A DNA stretch of 24,000 bases, taken from an uncultured Desulfurococcaceae archaeon (GTDB lineage Archaea; Thermoproteota; Thermoprotei_A; Sulfolobales; NBVN01). Positions within the stretch are counted from its first letter, which is position 1, and each line of letters starts with the position of its first letter. Position numbers and translations under genes: made by a program. Under the pieces are notes generated by a model, which was given only the letters and a program-made list of their open reading frames with translations, made no database searches and was not told the origin of the DNA. Location of the stretch: contig CAYOJG010000005.1 of NCBI GenBank assembly GCA_964404265.1, positions 33,668 to 57,667 on the forward strand. Direction: 5' to 3'. Below, piece after piece: positions 1-8,513 of this stretch.

Positions 1-354
1 TACTGCCACATAATAGTGAGTTTCGCCGAGGAAGGGCCTCAACTCACGTCCCCGACCTGCAGGATTTACGTCCCCGGGCAGGGATTAGTGGATATCGATT
101 CGGGAAGGCAGATCGGGGGCACGAATTACACACTCAACGATTTCCTCATGCAGATAGATTTCGAGAAGCCTCAGGGAAGTAAGGAGGTTTCCCTCGGAGG
201 GATGAAGGCACACATAGAGTGGAAGCTCCTTGCGTCGGAGGATGTCAGGATTCTGACCCCTGAAGGTATTTTCCTGCTTTCCGTTGCTGCCGCGGCCGTT
301 GTTGCTGGTGCTTTGTACACAATACTTGCGAGGAGGAAGTACATTATTGAGTGA
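1..354 (+). CDS. 3' part of a membrane-anchored (probably surface or secreted) protein, or else a 112-aa tail-anchored protein starting at GTG 16
   Basis: Frame 1 is open from base 1, with no in-frame stop before the first in-window start (GTG at 16). It ends at TGA 352-354. The last ~30 aa are PEGIF, then a hydrophobic helix (FLLSVAAAAVVAGALYTILA), then a basic tail (RRKYIIE). No signal peptide is visible, so the gene probably continues upstream of the window. Confidence 0.45.
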   Translation, partial: YCHIIVSFAEEGPQLTSPTCRIYVPGQGLVDIDSGRQIGGTNYTLNDFLMQIDFEKPQGSKEVSLGGMKAHIEWKLLASEDVRILTPEGIFLLSVAAAAVVAGALYTILARRKYIIE

Positions 355-355
355 C

Positions 356-2779
356 CTAATCCTCAACCTCAATACCTGCTAATGCGGAGACAGCCTCACG
401 CATAACCCTGACCGCCCTAGATTTCCCGACCCTGAGGAGTTCATAGATCTGCTCCCAGTCCATTCCCTGAAGGGCCTTACCTATTAGGACGGAACCTGTT
501 AACTCATCCAGTTCCTTAATCCTTCCCTCAAGAAGCACCTTCTTCGCAAGTATCGTGACTGCGTCAGCGACCGACTCATATGTCATGACGCCCCTGACAT
601 AAACCTCCAGCCTCTCCCTCTGTATTTCCGATAGCTGAAGCCTTGCCGCGTAACCCTCATTCCTCAGAACATCTCTAAACATCAGGTAGATTACGTCGGG
701 CTCGAAGTCCCTGTATACTGAGTGCAGGCTCTCGACAAGCTTAACCGAGAACTCCCCCACACCTAAATCTATTAACCTCCTCCACTCCTCACTCAAGGGC
801 TTAACCACAAGGGATGTGTACTCACCGCTCACCTTATTCCTGTCGGGAGACATGTGTACAGGGATGAAGCCGTTCCTGACCCAGAAATTCATGAGTTCCT
901 TACTGACACCGAAACCTGCCCCAACCCAGTCATAACCTCTCCGGACAGCCTCCTCAACAACCTTACTGAGGAGGAAGGAACCTATCCCCCTTCCCTGCAC
1001 ATCTATGTGTACAGCTATCCGTATAATTCTCCAACCAACACCCTTCCCGAAATCCCTTAGGCGGAGGTGTTTAACGAGCCTGTCAGGAATTATGTTGCCC
1101 GGTATCTTCCCTCCAGCAAGCAACTCATCAATAATATCTTCAGGAAGACCTCCCTCCTCCGCAAGCTGTGCAGCCCCGACAATCTTACCGGAGCCCTTCA
1201 GCTTAACAGCCCTGATGCTGTGGTGGGGTGCGTCAGCTATTCTTCCAAGATCATCCGGCTCGTTCCTGTAGTGGGCGAGGACATATATCCCGAAGAGGGA
1301 TCTTAGCTCCCTCTCCCCCTCCTCCGAGAAAAGGTATTCAGGGTCATAGACAACGTACTCGAAATTCCCTTCCTCAATCTCCTTCAAGTCATTCTCATCA
1401 AGCGGGTCGGGCTCCGCATCCATTAGGAGGGCATCGAACTGGAACCTCTCAATAGGGTCGGTGGCGGAGTACCTTATGGGTTCATTCATCTCGTACTCAA
1501 TCAGCTTAGTTTTCTTATCCTCCCTAAGCCTCTTCAGAAACCTTATCGAGAAACCTCTCCCAGCACCCTCATAGCCGTGGATGGTTGTGGCGTAGATTGT
1601 TCGCTTATACTTCCTCCATATCTTATGAAGTAGCGGGACAGGTATTCCGGCGGCCTCATCAACAATAACCACATCAACATTCACCCTCAGGACTGTGTAG
1701 GGCTCCCAGAACTCAATGCTGAAGCCCGGCCCCCTCAACTCAATGATGGTTCCCTCCCTAGTGAGTTCCTGGAACTTCATACCTAAGGCCTCAAGGGTTT
1801 TCCTCGCAAGCTTCATCAATGCCTGGATCGAGGATGGGTCGGAAGCCGTTACCGCTACCCTGACCTTAGTCTTGAATTTCTGCATCTCCTTAATGAAGCC
1901 AACAATACCTATCCCTACAGCCGATGACTTACCTCTACCCCTATCAGCAGTAACCACTATAGCTACTCTCTTCTTCCCCGGCTTAGGAACCAGGTGATCC
2001 TCAATCAGCTTGATAACGTTAACCTGATCCTGTGTGAGGGCCACTCTATAGACTTCCTTCGGGAAGAGAGTTTCTTCAGGAATCTCAAGCTTCCTAGAGG
2101 CCTTGCCCCTAGGCCTCGGGGACGTCAGCCTAGCCTTAATCACTGATGCACCATCAGTGTCATATATGTATATGCCTTCATGCTTCAGGAGCTTCCTAAT
2201 GAAGAAACCTGTGAAAATCTTTCTTGGTTCAGGATGGTTGGGGACGGCGAGATTACTTCTGAAAATCGTTTCAGCCTCAGGCCACTCGCTGAAGGGGGGA
2301 GCCATGAAGATTATGAGGCCGCCTCCCTCAACAATGCCTAGAAGCCTCCCAACATCGTTGGGCTTAAGGTCATTAACAAGATCCATGATGAGAACCTTGA
2401 ATGTTGATCCAAGGAACTTCTTACTTACCTCGTAAACAGCTTGAGTGAGCTCAACGTCCTCAACCCCCTTAAGCGCTGATGAAACCACCTTAGCCCTAAT
2501 CCTTCCGTCAGGGAACTCGTCATGGAATACATGGAGGACAGTGATAGGGCCCTTCAAGGCCTTGAGGCGTTTAAGTATTTTCACATACTTATACACAGCG
2601 TCAGCGGCTGCCCCACCAACCTTAATCGGGTCGCTCCCGCAGAAAACTATGAGGCGCCTCTCATTCTCCTTAACCCCCCTCCTAATATCCTTTCTCAGAA
2701 CCCTCCACATCTCTCTGTACTCGTCGGAAACTATTTCACGTAGTCGACGCCTCACATCCTCTAACCTTCTCCGCGCCAT
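356..2779 (-). CDS. tmcA: tRNA/RNA cytidine N4-acetyltransferase (TmcA/Nat10 family)
   Basis: 807-aa ORF. It has a central P-loop helicase-type motif (VTADRGRGKSSAVG), followed by a GNAT acetyl-CoA motif (VQGRGIGSFLLSKVVEEA) and a C-terminal extension. Size and domain order match archaeal TmcA/Nat10-type enzymes. Confidence 0.85.
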   Translation of the reverse strand: MARRRLEDVRRRLREIVSDEYREMWRVLRKDIRRGVKENERRLIVFCGSDPIKVGGAAADAVYKYVKILKRLKALKGPITVLHVFHDEFPDGRIRAKVVSSALKGVEDVELTQAVYEVSKKFLGSTFKVLIMDLVNDLKPNDVGRLLGIVEGGGLIIFMAPPFSEWPEAETIFRSNLAVPNHPEPRKIFTGFFIRKLLKHEGIYIYDTDGASVIKARLTSPRPRGKASRKLEIPEETLFPKEVYRVALTQDQVNVIKLIEDHLVPKPGKKRVAIVVTADRGRGKSSAVGIGIVGFIKEMQKFKTKVRVAVTASDPSSIQALMKLARKTLEALGMKFQELTREGTIIELRGPGFSIEFWEPYTVLRVNVDVVIVDEAAGIPVPLLHKIWRKYKRTIYATTIHGYEGAGRGFSIRFLKRLREDKKTKLIEYEMNEPIRYSATDPIERFQFDALLMDAEPDPLDENDLKEIEEGNFEYVVYDPEYLFSEEGERELRSLFGIYVLAHYRNEPDDLGRIADAPHHSIRAVKLKGSGKIVGAAQLAEEGGLPEDIIDELLAGGKIPGNIIPDRLVKHLRLRDFGKGVGWRIIRIAVHIDVQGRGIGSFLLSKVVEEAVRRGYDWVGAGFGVSKELMNFWVRNGFIPVHMSPDRNKVSGEYTSLVVKPLSEEWRRLIDLGVGEFSVKLVESLHSVYRDFEPDVIYLMFRDVLRNEGYAARLQLSEIQRERLEVYVRGVMTYESVADAVTILAKKVLLEGRIKELDELTGSVLIGKALQGMDWEQIYELLRVGKSRAVRVMREAVSALAGIEVED

Positions 2780-2831
2780 GAAACATCACCTGAAGGGATG
2801 GGGAGGGGTTAAGGAGAAGATCTTCTGAAGC

Positions 2832-5009
2832 CTAAAGAATCATTTTCTTAAGGCCTTCATAGGTCTTCTTATACGATTCCATTATGTCGGTGGACAGTGA
2901 AGGCTTCACGACCTTCAAAGCCTTGAGGAAGTACTCCATGCTCACAGGCCTTGCCTCGAACTTGTCCCTAAGCGCCAGAATCACTGCCTCCCTCACCAGA
3001 GCCTCCAGATCTGCACCTGAGTAACCTTCAGTCATATCCGCAAGCTTCTCGAGATCTACGTCCTCAGCAAGAGGGACGTTCCTAGTGTGGACCTTAAGGA
3101 TTTCTAGGCGGGCCTTCTTATCTGGAGGCGGGACGAAAATCACTCTATCGAACCTTCCCGGCCTCAGTAATGCAGGGTCAACGATGTCTGCCCTGTTAGT
3201 GGCACCGATAACTACGACGTTCTTAAGGGTCTGTATCCCGTCAAGCTCCGCAAGCAGCTGATTAACTATCCTGTCGGTGACGCCTGAGTCATGCCTGAAG
3301 CCCCTTGCAGGAGCTATCGAGTCAATCTCATCGAAGAAAACGACAGTCGGCGCTACCTGCCTAGCCCTCCTGAATATCTCCCTAATAGCCTTCTCTGACT
3401 CGCCAACCCACTTACTCAGTATCTCAGGTCCCTTCACCGCAATGAAGTTGGCTCCAGACTCAGTGGCAACAGCCTTAGCCAACAGTGTCTTACCGCATCC
3501 TGGAGGCCCGTACAGAAGAATTCCTCTAGGCGGCCTAATACCCATCTTCTCGAAAACGTCGGGCGACTTAAGAGGCCACTCCACAGCCTCACGAAGCTGC
3601 TGCTTAACGTCCTCAAGCCCACCGATATCCTCCCACTTAACCTCAGGAACCTCAACAAGAACCTCACGCATCAGGGTGGGGTGCACAAGTTTAAGGGCTT
3701 CAGTGAAGTCCTTATTCGTTACCTTAAGCTCCTTCAGCTTGTCCGGAGGTATCGGCTTATCTAGGTCGAGCTTCTCCTCCTTCATAAACCTCCTCAAAGC
3801 AGAGATGGCCGCCTCCTTAACTAGTGCCGCCAGATCCGCACCTGTGAAGCCGTGGGTTATTTCAGCAAGCTTCTCGAGATCTACGTCCTCAGCAAGAGGG
3901 ACGTTCCTAGTGTGGACCTCGAGGATTGCCTTCCTAGCCCTCTTATCGGGTGGAGGTATCTCTATCTCCCTGTCGAACCTTCCCGGACGCCTTAAGGCGG
4001 GGTCGACGGCATCGACCCTGTTAGTTGCACCGATAACTATCAGCCTGCCCCTCTCCTTCAGACCGTCCATGAGTGTGAGGAGCTGAGCAACAACCCTCTT
4101 CTCAACCTCGCCAACGACCTCCTCCCTCTTCGGCGCTATCGCATCGATCTCGTCAATGAATATTATTGCGGGGGCGTTCTTCTCAGCCTCCTCAAATATC
4201 TGCCTAAGCCTCTGCTCAGACTCTCCATAGAACTTACTCATTATTTCAGGACCGTTAATCGTTCTGAAGTAGGCGCCTATCTCGTTGGCTAGTGCCTTCG
4301 CCAGCAGTGTCTTCCCAACACCTGGAGGCCCGTGGAGAAGTATCCCTTTAGGAGGCTCGATACCTAAGTGCTTGAAGAGCTCTGGATGCCTCATAGGTAA
4401 CTCAACTATCTCCCTAATCCTTGCCTTAACCTCCTCAAGATCCCCTATGTCTTCCCAAGTAACTCTCGGGACGCCGCGAGCTATTGCCTCAACACTGACA
4501 GGCTCCTCCCTAATCTCCACCCTAGTGTCCTCATCCACATACACCGCTTGAGTGGGTTGAGTAGCTATAACCACGAACCTTAAGGGCTCGCCGAACGGGT
4601 AGAAAATGAATATGACTTCACCCCTCTTTAGTGGCTTGTACTGAAGTTGCTCCTTAACGTACTCAACGAAGCTCTCATCAAACCTTATCCTTATTGTGGG
4701 GGCTAGGGTAACCCTCGTACCTTTCTCTACCTTAGCCTTCCTGACCTTAACATACTCCCCGACAGCAGCACCTATGGCTTCCCTAGTGTAGCCGTCGATA
4801 CGTATGATGTCTCTGGCCTCATCCTCCCTTAAGGCGGGCCAGACCTGAAGAATTACCGAGCCCTTAGGCCCCTCAACCTCTATGAAGTCTCCGTAGTTAA
4901 CGCCCAGCTCATCCATTATTCTGCGGCTTATCCGAGCTATCTTTCTCCCAACATCCTTCTGACGCGCCGTCTCGACACGCAACTCATGATAATCTGTGCT
5001 TGGTGACAT
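2832..5009 (-). CDS. cdc48: CDC48/VCP-type double AAA+ ATPase
   Basis: 725 aa with an N-terminal CDC48-N-like region and two AAA modules. Walker A: [13 protein letters not shown] and [13 protein letters not shown]. Walker B: IIFIDEIDA and [12 protein letters not shown]: [13 protein letters not shown] and [13 protein letters not shown]. Confidence 0.93.
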   Translation of the reverse strand: MSPSTDYHELRVETARQKDVGRKIARISRRIMDELGVNYGDFIEVEGPKGSVILQVWPALREDEARDIIRIDGYTREAIGAAVGEYVKVRKAKVEKGTRVTLAPTIRIRFDESFVEYVKEQLQYKPLKRGEVIFIFYPFGEPLRFVVIATQPTQAVYVDEDTRVEIREEPVSVEAIARGVPRVTWEDIGDLEEVKARIREIVELPMRHPELFKHLGIEPPKGILLHGPPGVGKTLLAKALANEIGAYFRTINGPEIMSKFYGESEQRLRQIFEEAEKNAPAIIFIDEIDAIAPKREEVVGEVEKRVVAQLLTLMDGLKERGRLIVIGATNRVDAVDPALRRPGRFDREIEIPPPDKRARKAILEVHTRNVPLAEDVDLEKLAEITHGFTGADLAALVKEAAISALRRFMKEEKLDLDKPIPPDKLKELKVTNKDFTEALKLVHPTLMREVLVEVPEVKWEDIGGLEDVKQQLREAVEWPLKSPDVFEKMGIRPPRGILLYGPPGCGKTLLAKAVATESGANFIAVKGPEILSKWVGESEKAIREIFRRARQVAPTVVFFDEIDSIAPARGFRHDSGVTDRIVNQLLAELDGIQTLKNVVVIGATNRADIVDPALLRPGRFDRVIFVPPPDKKARLEILKVHTRNVPLAEDVDLEKLADMTEGYSGADLEALVREAVILALRDKFEARPVSMEYFLKALKVVKPSLSTDIMESYKKTYEGLKKMIL
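3040..3094. repeat. Copy 1 (D2 module) of a perfect 55-nt intragenic direct repeat in cdc48
   Basis: gcaagcttctcgagatctacgtcctcagcaagagggacgttcctagtgtggacct is identical base for base to 3865-3919. It encodes [18 protein letters not shown] on the minus strand. Confidence 0.95.
3865..3919. repeat. Copy 2 (D1 module) of the perfect 55-nt intragenic direct repeat in cdc48
   Basis: Identical to 3040-3094, with an 825-nt offset. The flanking sequence of the two AAA modules is clearly more diverged. Confidence 0.95.
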
Positions 5010-5028
5010 TACCTACCACCTGATAAGT

Positions 5029-5036
5029 ATTATATA
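5029..5036 (-). promoter_or_regulatory. TATA-box candidate for cdc48
   Basis: On the minus strand this reads gtatataat, centred about 24 nt upstream of the cdc48 ATG (5007-5009). A second AT-rich box (cttataaaa) lies at 5044-5052. Confidence 0.4.
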
Positions 5037-5068
5037 CAAAACGTTTTATAAGTAACCTAATCCCGGAT

Positions 5069-7024
5069 TCAGATCCTCTCAAGAACGTCCAGGCCTAGGA
5101 GACGCATACCTACCTCAAGAACCTCCTTAACGCTGAAGGTTATCCCTAGCTTAAGGTGTCTAACCCCCTCATCCGGTTCCTTAAGGATGGGTTCCTCGTC
5201 ATACCAGGTGTTGAAGGTGTCCGCAACCCTGATGAGGTAGGCGACAAGGTCCTCAGGGTGGAGAGAATCTAGAACCCCTTCAGTAACTGACGGGAATTTA
5301 CCTATTAACCAGACGAGGTCCCTCCTCCTGCCGGAGCCTATTGCTGAGTAGTTAATTCTTTCCCAATCAACACCGTTCCCTGACTTAACCAGCACGGAAT
5401 TAGCTCTCGCGTAGGTGTACTGGAGGTAGGGGCCTGAAAGCTGCTTAGTGTCCAGAGCCCTCCTCATATCGAAGGTCAGGGTCTTCGTCGGCGATGTGGA
5501 GAGCATCATGTATTTGAATGCTGACCTAGCCATCTTCCTCACGGCTTCAGTGTTAGCCACACCCCGCTCAGCCATAACCCCCTCAATAATCCTCTCCATT
5601 GATGAAAGAAGCTCATCTATAGTGACGTACCTGCCCCTCCTGCCCGACATCGAGGCTCCAGGCAGGTTAACCATCTCGTATGCGTAGTGGATAGTGTTCG
5701 CCGCCTCCCTCCTGTGACCTAGTGCGTAGAGGGCGAGCCTCAGCTGCGCCTGGCTCAGGGTCTGCTCAACAGCTATCACGTTAATCACTTTATCCGCGTT
5801 GAACTCCCTGAACTTCTTGAGGGTGTATGCAATATCCCTCGTTGTGTATAGGGTTGTTCCGTCACTCCTAACCAGGATTAGGGGAGGTATTTCAAGACCT
5901 TTCGGTATCTTAAGCTCCTTAAGCACATCCTCCCGCTCAAGAAGCTTCTCGAAGTTGAGGGCTGGAACGCCTTTATGAATCATGAAGTGAGGGGACTCTC
6001 TAGCCTGCCTAAGTACATCATCAACGAGGCCCTCCCTAATCAGGTCGCTTTCCCAGTCCCAGACATCCATAGATATGCCTAAAGCCTCAAGAGTTTGTTT
6101 AATGCCCTCCATAACACCCTTCGTGACCTCCCTAACGAGCTCGGAGTCACCTACACCGGACTCGTAGTCCTTAAGTATCTTCGCAACGGATGTGTTAGGG
6201 TCCTCATCCCTACCGACCTCATCGATAAGCCTGTCAACCTCCCGAGGAATCTTCTCCCTAATCCTCTGGAGGTCGGCGACAAGGCTATCCAGCTCCGCAA
6301 TGATTTCCCTCTCCTCCGACTCGTTGCCCTGTGACTTAGCGGCCTCAAGCCTTTTCCTAGCGTTAAGGATGTCTATAACGGTCACGGTCGCGGCGTAGAT
6401 GAGTCCATAGTAGTGGTCGGGCTTTACACCTTCCGGAGGCTTAGGCCTGCCGAGAAGCCTATAGCCGTAGGCTAGGTACGCAACCTGAAGACCTACGTCA
6501 TCAACGTAGTACCTCCTCTGCACGGTGTGGCCTGCAGCGCTAAGCATCCTGTAGATGAAATCTCCCAACACCGCATTCCTTCCTGAACCAACGTGAAGGG
6601 GATGTATAGGGTTTGCTGAGACGTATTCCACAACAATTCTCTCAGGCTTCTCAGCCTTAGGGACTCCGTACATCCCCTCAAGCCTTCTAACGGAGGAAAG
6701 CACCATCTCCCCGTAGCGGGTGAAGTCTATGAAGAAGTTTACGTAGGGGCCTGCCCTCCTCACATCCCTGACAAGCTGGCTTAACTCACCAGCCTTAACC
6801 AGAGCACTAGCCACGTCCTCGAAACTGCCTCCACACGCCTTAAGGATTCTGGGCACAGGAATTCCTAGGTCTCCGAACTCCTTCCTAGGGGGCTCCTCAA
6901 TGAATCTCTCCAGATCCTCCGGGGGCTTATTAGGGCAGGTGTTGGAGAGTTCGGAAGAAATAAGTTTAGTTAAAGACTTAGTAAGATCCTTGAAGGGATT
7001 GGTTGAGGGCAAACATCCCACCAA
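5069..7024 (-). CDS. argS: Arginine--tRNA ligase
   Basis: 651 aa. The class-I signature region is VSANPIHPLHVGSGRNAVLGD. An MSK-loop equivalent is GASMSGRRG. The C-terminal anticodon-binding region contains GPYLQYTYARANS. The start (TTG 7024 or the adjacent GTG) is uncertain. Confidence 0.9.
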   Translation of the reverse strand: MVGCLPSTNPFKDLTKSLTKLISSELSNTCPNKPPEDLERFIEEPPRKEFGDLGIPVPRILKACGGSFEDVASALVKAGELSQLVRDVRRAGPYVNFFIDFTRYGEMVLSSVRRLEGMYGVPKAEKPERIVVEYVSANPIHPLHVGSGRNAVLGDFIYRMLSAAGHTVQRRYYVDDVGLQVAYLAYGYRLLGRPKPPEGVKPDHYYGLIYAATVTVIDILNARKRLEAAKSQGNESEEREIIAELDSLVADLQRIREKIPREVDRLIDEVGRDEDPNTSVAKILKDYESGVGDSELVREVTKGVMEGIKQTLEALGISMDVWDWESDLIREGLVDDVLRQARESPHFMIHKGVPALNFEKLLEREDVLKELKIPKGLEIPPLILVRSDGTTLYTTRDIAYTLKKFREFNADKVINVIAVEQTLSQAQLRLALYALGHRREAANTIHYAYEMVNLPGASMSGRRGRYVTIDELLSSMERIIEGVMAERGVANTEAVRKMARSAFKYMMLSTSPTKTLTFDMRRALDTKQLSGPYLQYTYARANSVLVKSGNGVDWERINYSAIGSGRRRDLVWLIGKFPSVTEGVLDSLHPEDLVAYLIRVADTFNTWYDEEPILKEPDEGVRHLKLGITFSVKEVLEVGMRLLGLDVLERI

Positions 7025-7037
7025 AAAACAGTGTTGT

Positions 7038-7373
7038 TTAGACTAAGGTGGTGAGGTCCCTGAAATCCATGGGGAGAGGGCCACCCATAGACTTATACTG
7101 ATCATACTTCTCCTCAAGGTAAGCAATGAATACGGGGCATCCCTCGAACTTCCCGTCACGGTCGCACTTAGTGGTCTTCTCATACTTCAGCTGCTTAATG
7201 AAGCAGTTCCCCAGCTTCTTATCGAAGTAGGGGCAGATCTTGTGGTATTTCTTCGCCGACTTAACCATTCTCTCTACCCATCTCTTCTTAGGGTCGGTCG
7301 TCTTCTCAGGTGCAGTTGTTGTTAGCACCTTCTTGAGATCCTCCTCACTTATCTTCGAACCCATAAGCATCAC
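7038..7373 (-). CDS. Hypothetical small four-Cys protein
   Basis: 111-aa ORF (GTG 7373, with an ATG at 7370 equally possible). Cys pattern: CPYFDKKLGNC ... KCDRDGKFEGCPVF. It has its own AT-rich palindromic upstream region. I recognise no family. Confidence 0.55.
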   Translation of the reverse strand: MMLMGSKISEEDLKKVLTTTAPEKTTDPKKRWVERMVKSAKKYHKICPYFDKKLGNCFIKQLKYEKTTKCDRDGKFEGCPVFIAYLEEKYDQYKSMGGPLPMDFRDLTTLV

Positions 7374-7383
7374 CCGTAACCTC

Positions 7384-7405
7384 TTTATGCGCTCACGCGC
7401 ATAAA
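7384..7405. promoter_or_regulatory. Perfect inverted repeat (9-bp arms, 4-nt spacer) overlapping the TATA region of the 7038-7373 gene
   Basis: tttatgcgc-tcac-gcgcataaa lies 11-32 nt upstream of the GTG at 7373. A second, smaller palindrome ttatc-aa-gataa is at 7410-7421. Each arm contains a TATA-like ATAAA/TTTAT. Confidence 0.5.
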
Positions 7406-7522
7406 TCTCTTATCAAGATAATCGGGTTGACTGGCTTTTAAACCTAACACCTTCAGATAGATGAAGATGGCTAACCCTAAAAACGTCTCTACTTTCGCCT
7501 TGCCTTCAGTGCTGGGAGGCCG

Positions 7523-7804
7523 TTACTCGAGCCCCACGATAGTGAATCGGCCGTCCTCCATTACGTAGACGCGGCCCTCATTAACTAGCTTAGTTAACGC
7601 CTTCCTTATCTTGTCCTCGCTTGCTAGACCTGAGAGGAAGGAGTGGAGCTCCTTAACGCTCATGGGCCTGTCGCGGAGAAGATCCGTTAGAATATTGACG
7701 AGCTGATCTTCCGTCGGGGCCCGCACAACAACGACCTCCGCATCCTCATAAACCACTTTAAGGCCGAGCTTTCTTTCCGCGTCCATACCGCCGTTTTCAG
7801 CCAT
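7523..7804 (-). CDS. Small winged-helix-turn-helix protein (putative DNA-binding regulator)
   Basis: 93 aa. The C-terminal 50 aa (MSVKELHSFLSGLASEDKIRKALTKLVNEGRVYVMEDGRFTIV) has the helix-turn-helix-plus-beta-wing pattern of wHTH domains. It is divergently transcribed from the 7852-8268 gene. Confidence 0.6.
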   Translation of the reverse strand: MAENGGMDAERKLGLKVVYEDAEVVVVRAPTEDQLVNILTDLLRDRPMSVKELHSFLSGLASEDKIRKALTKLVNEGRVYVMEDGRFTIVGLE

Positions 7805-7825
7805 TTATTAACCCCTAAGCCTAGA

Positions 7826-7852
7826 GTTCTATACAGCTTATAAGTTTATTAA
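7826..7852. promoter_or_regulatory. Back-to-back divergent TATA region
   Basis: gttctatacag (on the minus strand ctgtatagaac, about 27 nt upstream of ATG 7804) is followed by the palindromic cttataag plus tttattaa (7837-7852, about 25-35 nt upstream of the internal ATG at 7876). Confidence 0.4.
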
Positions 7853-8268
7853 TGATAGTTACTGCCGGGTTAGAAATGCCGTGTCCATGGTATAAAGACG
7901 GTTACTGCACATCGCCCGCGCTGGAGAGGCCTTCCCAAGACCCAGTAATCCCTTCAGTGTGCCTGGGTGATGAACCTGTTTACAGGCTGTGTAAGTTCTA
8001 TAGGGAGCCGACGACGCTTGGAAGGCTCCCGGGGAGGGTGTATCCCTCGAAGTTCGGTAAGCCTCTCCTCCTCATACATTCACTTAAGGGGGAGCCTAAG
8101 TCAGGATGCGAGTTCTTCGTTGTTGAGAAGCACGAGTCCGGCGCGTACCTAGCTGGCTGCGAGGTTCTGGGAAGATACCTTACGAGGTATGAGGTGCCTC
8201 TATGCGAGAAGAGCTGGCAGGACTGCCCTTACAGGAAAATAGGTTTAGCCCTTAGAGAAGAAAAATAG
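7852..8268 (+). CDS. Hypothetical Cys-rich protein (8 Cys)
   Basis: 138-aa ORF. The likely true start is ATG 7876 (MPCPWYKDGYC...), because the TATA-like box overlaps ATG 7852. Cys motifs are PCPWYKDGYCTSP at the N-terminus and LCEKSWQDCPYR at the C-terminus, with four more Cys between them. Confidence 0.6.
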   Translation: MIVTAGLEMPCPWYKDGYCTSPALERPSQDPVIPSVCLGDEPVYRLCKFYREPTTLGRLPGRVYPSKFGKPLLLIHSLKGEPKSGCEFFVVEKHESGAYLAGCEVLGRYLTRYEVPLCEKSWQDCPYRKIGLALREEK

Positions 8269-8463
8269 CTAAGCCCTAACCTCTTCCACCATAGCTGCAG
8301 GCATCTCCATCCTCTGAAGGATTTCCGGGTTGCTTTCAGGGACGTAAATTATGCGGACCTCATCGAAGAGATCCCTATACATCTGGATCCTCTTAACGAA
8401 TCTAGCGCTCTTACTGTCATAACCAACATAGACTACGAGCCTTTTCTTAAGCATCCAAGCCAC
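8269..8463 (-). CDS. Hypothetical small protein
   Basis: 64-aa ORF (GTG 8463, or ATG three codons later, giving MLKKRLVVYVGYD...). Its stop codon directly abuts the stop of the convergent 7852-8268 gene (TAGCTA). An AT-rich box lies upstream at ~8488-8502. I recognise no family. Confidence 0.4.
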   Translation of the reverse strand: MAWMLKKRLVVYVGYDSKSARFVKRIQMYRDLFDEVRIIYVPESNPEILQRMEMPAAMVEEVRA

Positions 8464-8513
8464 CGTTACTGACCTTACGCCGCGTGATGTTTAATAAAAA
8501 CGCATCCACTTAC

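Noticed and set aside
2815-2826. A 12-bp perfect palindrome AGAAGATCTTCT just downstream of the cdc48 stop, and a 10-bp palindrome TAGATATCTA at 17152-17161 in the rps28e upstream region.
   Set aside because: Both are short enough to occur by chance in 24 kb. There is no second copy and no obvious associated T-tract or partner site. No function can be supported from sequence alone.
3277-4086. Long antisense ORFs inside well-supported genes. Examples are 3277-4086 (+, 269 aa), 15100-15582 (-, 160 aa), 19851-20417 (+, 188 aa), 2445-2828 (+), 18972-19391 (+) and 21055-21405 (+).
   Set aside because: All lie fully within strongly motif-supported genes on the opposite strand. Their translations are low-complexity and rich in Ser/Leu/Pro/Thr with no recognisable motifs. 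They are typical shadow ORFs of codon-biased genes.
6584-6595. Non-canonical class-I HIGH signatures: HVGS in ArgRS (6584-6595) and HLGN in GluRS (19070-19081). Also HAADS in place of HGSDS in NDK, and DDILG in place of DDxxD in the second GGPP synthase motif.
   Set aside because: Variation at these positions is tolerated in these families, and as I recall it is seen in crenarchaeal orthologues. For example, DDILG occurs in Sulfolobus GGPP synthase. It most likely reflects lineage divergence rather than loss of function. It is relevant only as context for judging the aRF1 deviations.
7406-7522. Possible C/D-box sRNA or tRNA in the 149-nt spacer.
   Set aside because: CUGA-like D boxes occur on the minus strand, but neither strand has a RUGAUGA C box. 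The closest is AUGAAGA. There is no tRNA-like T-arm (GTTCRANYC) or cloverleaf.
7461-7568. A 35-codon plus-strand sORF (MKMANPKNVSTFALPSVLGGRYSSPTIVNRPSSIT).
   Set aside because: It overlaps the 3' end of the wHTH gene antisense. It has no recognisable features and no independent support. I mention it only as a possible consequence of the bidirectional palindromic TATA.
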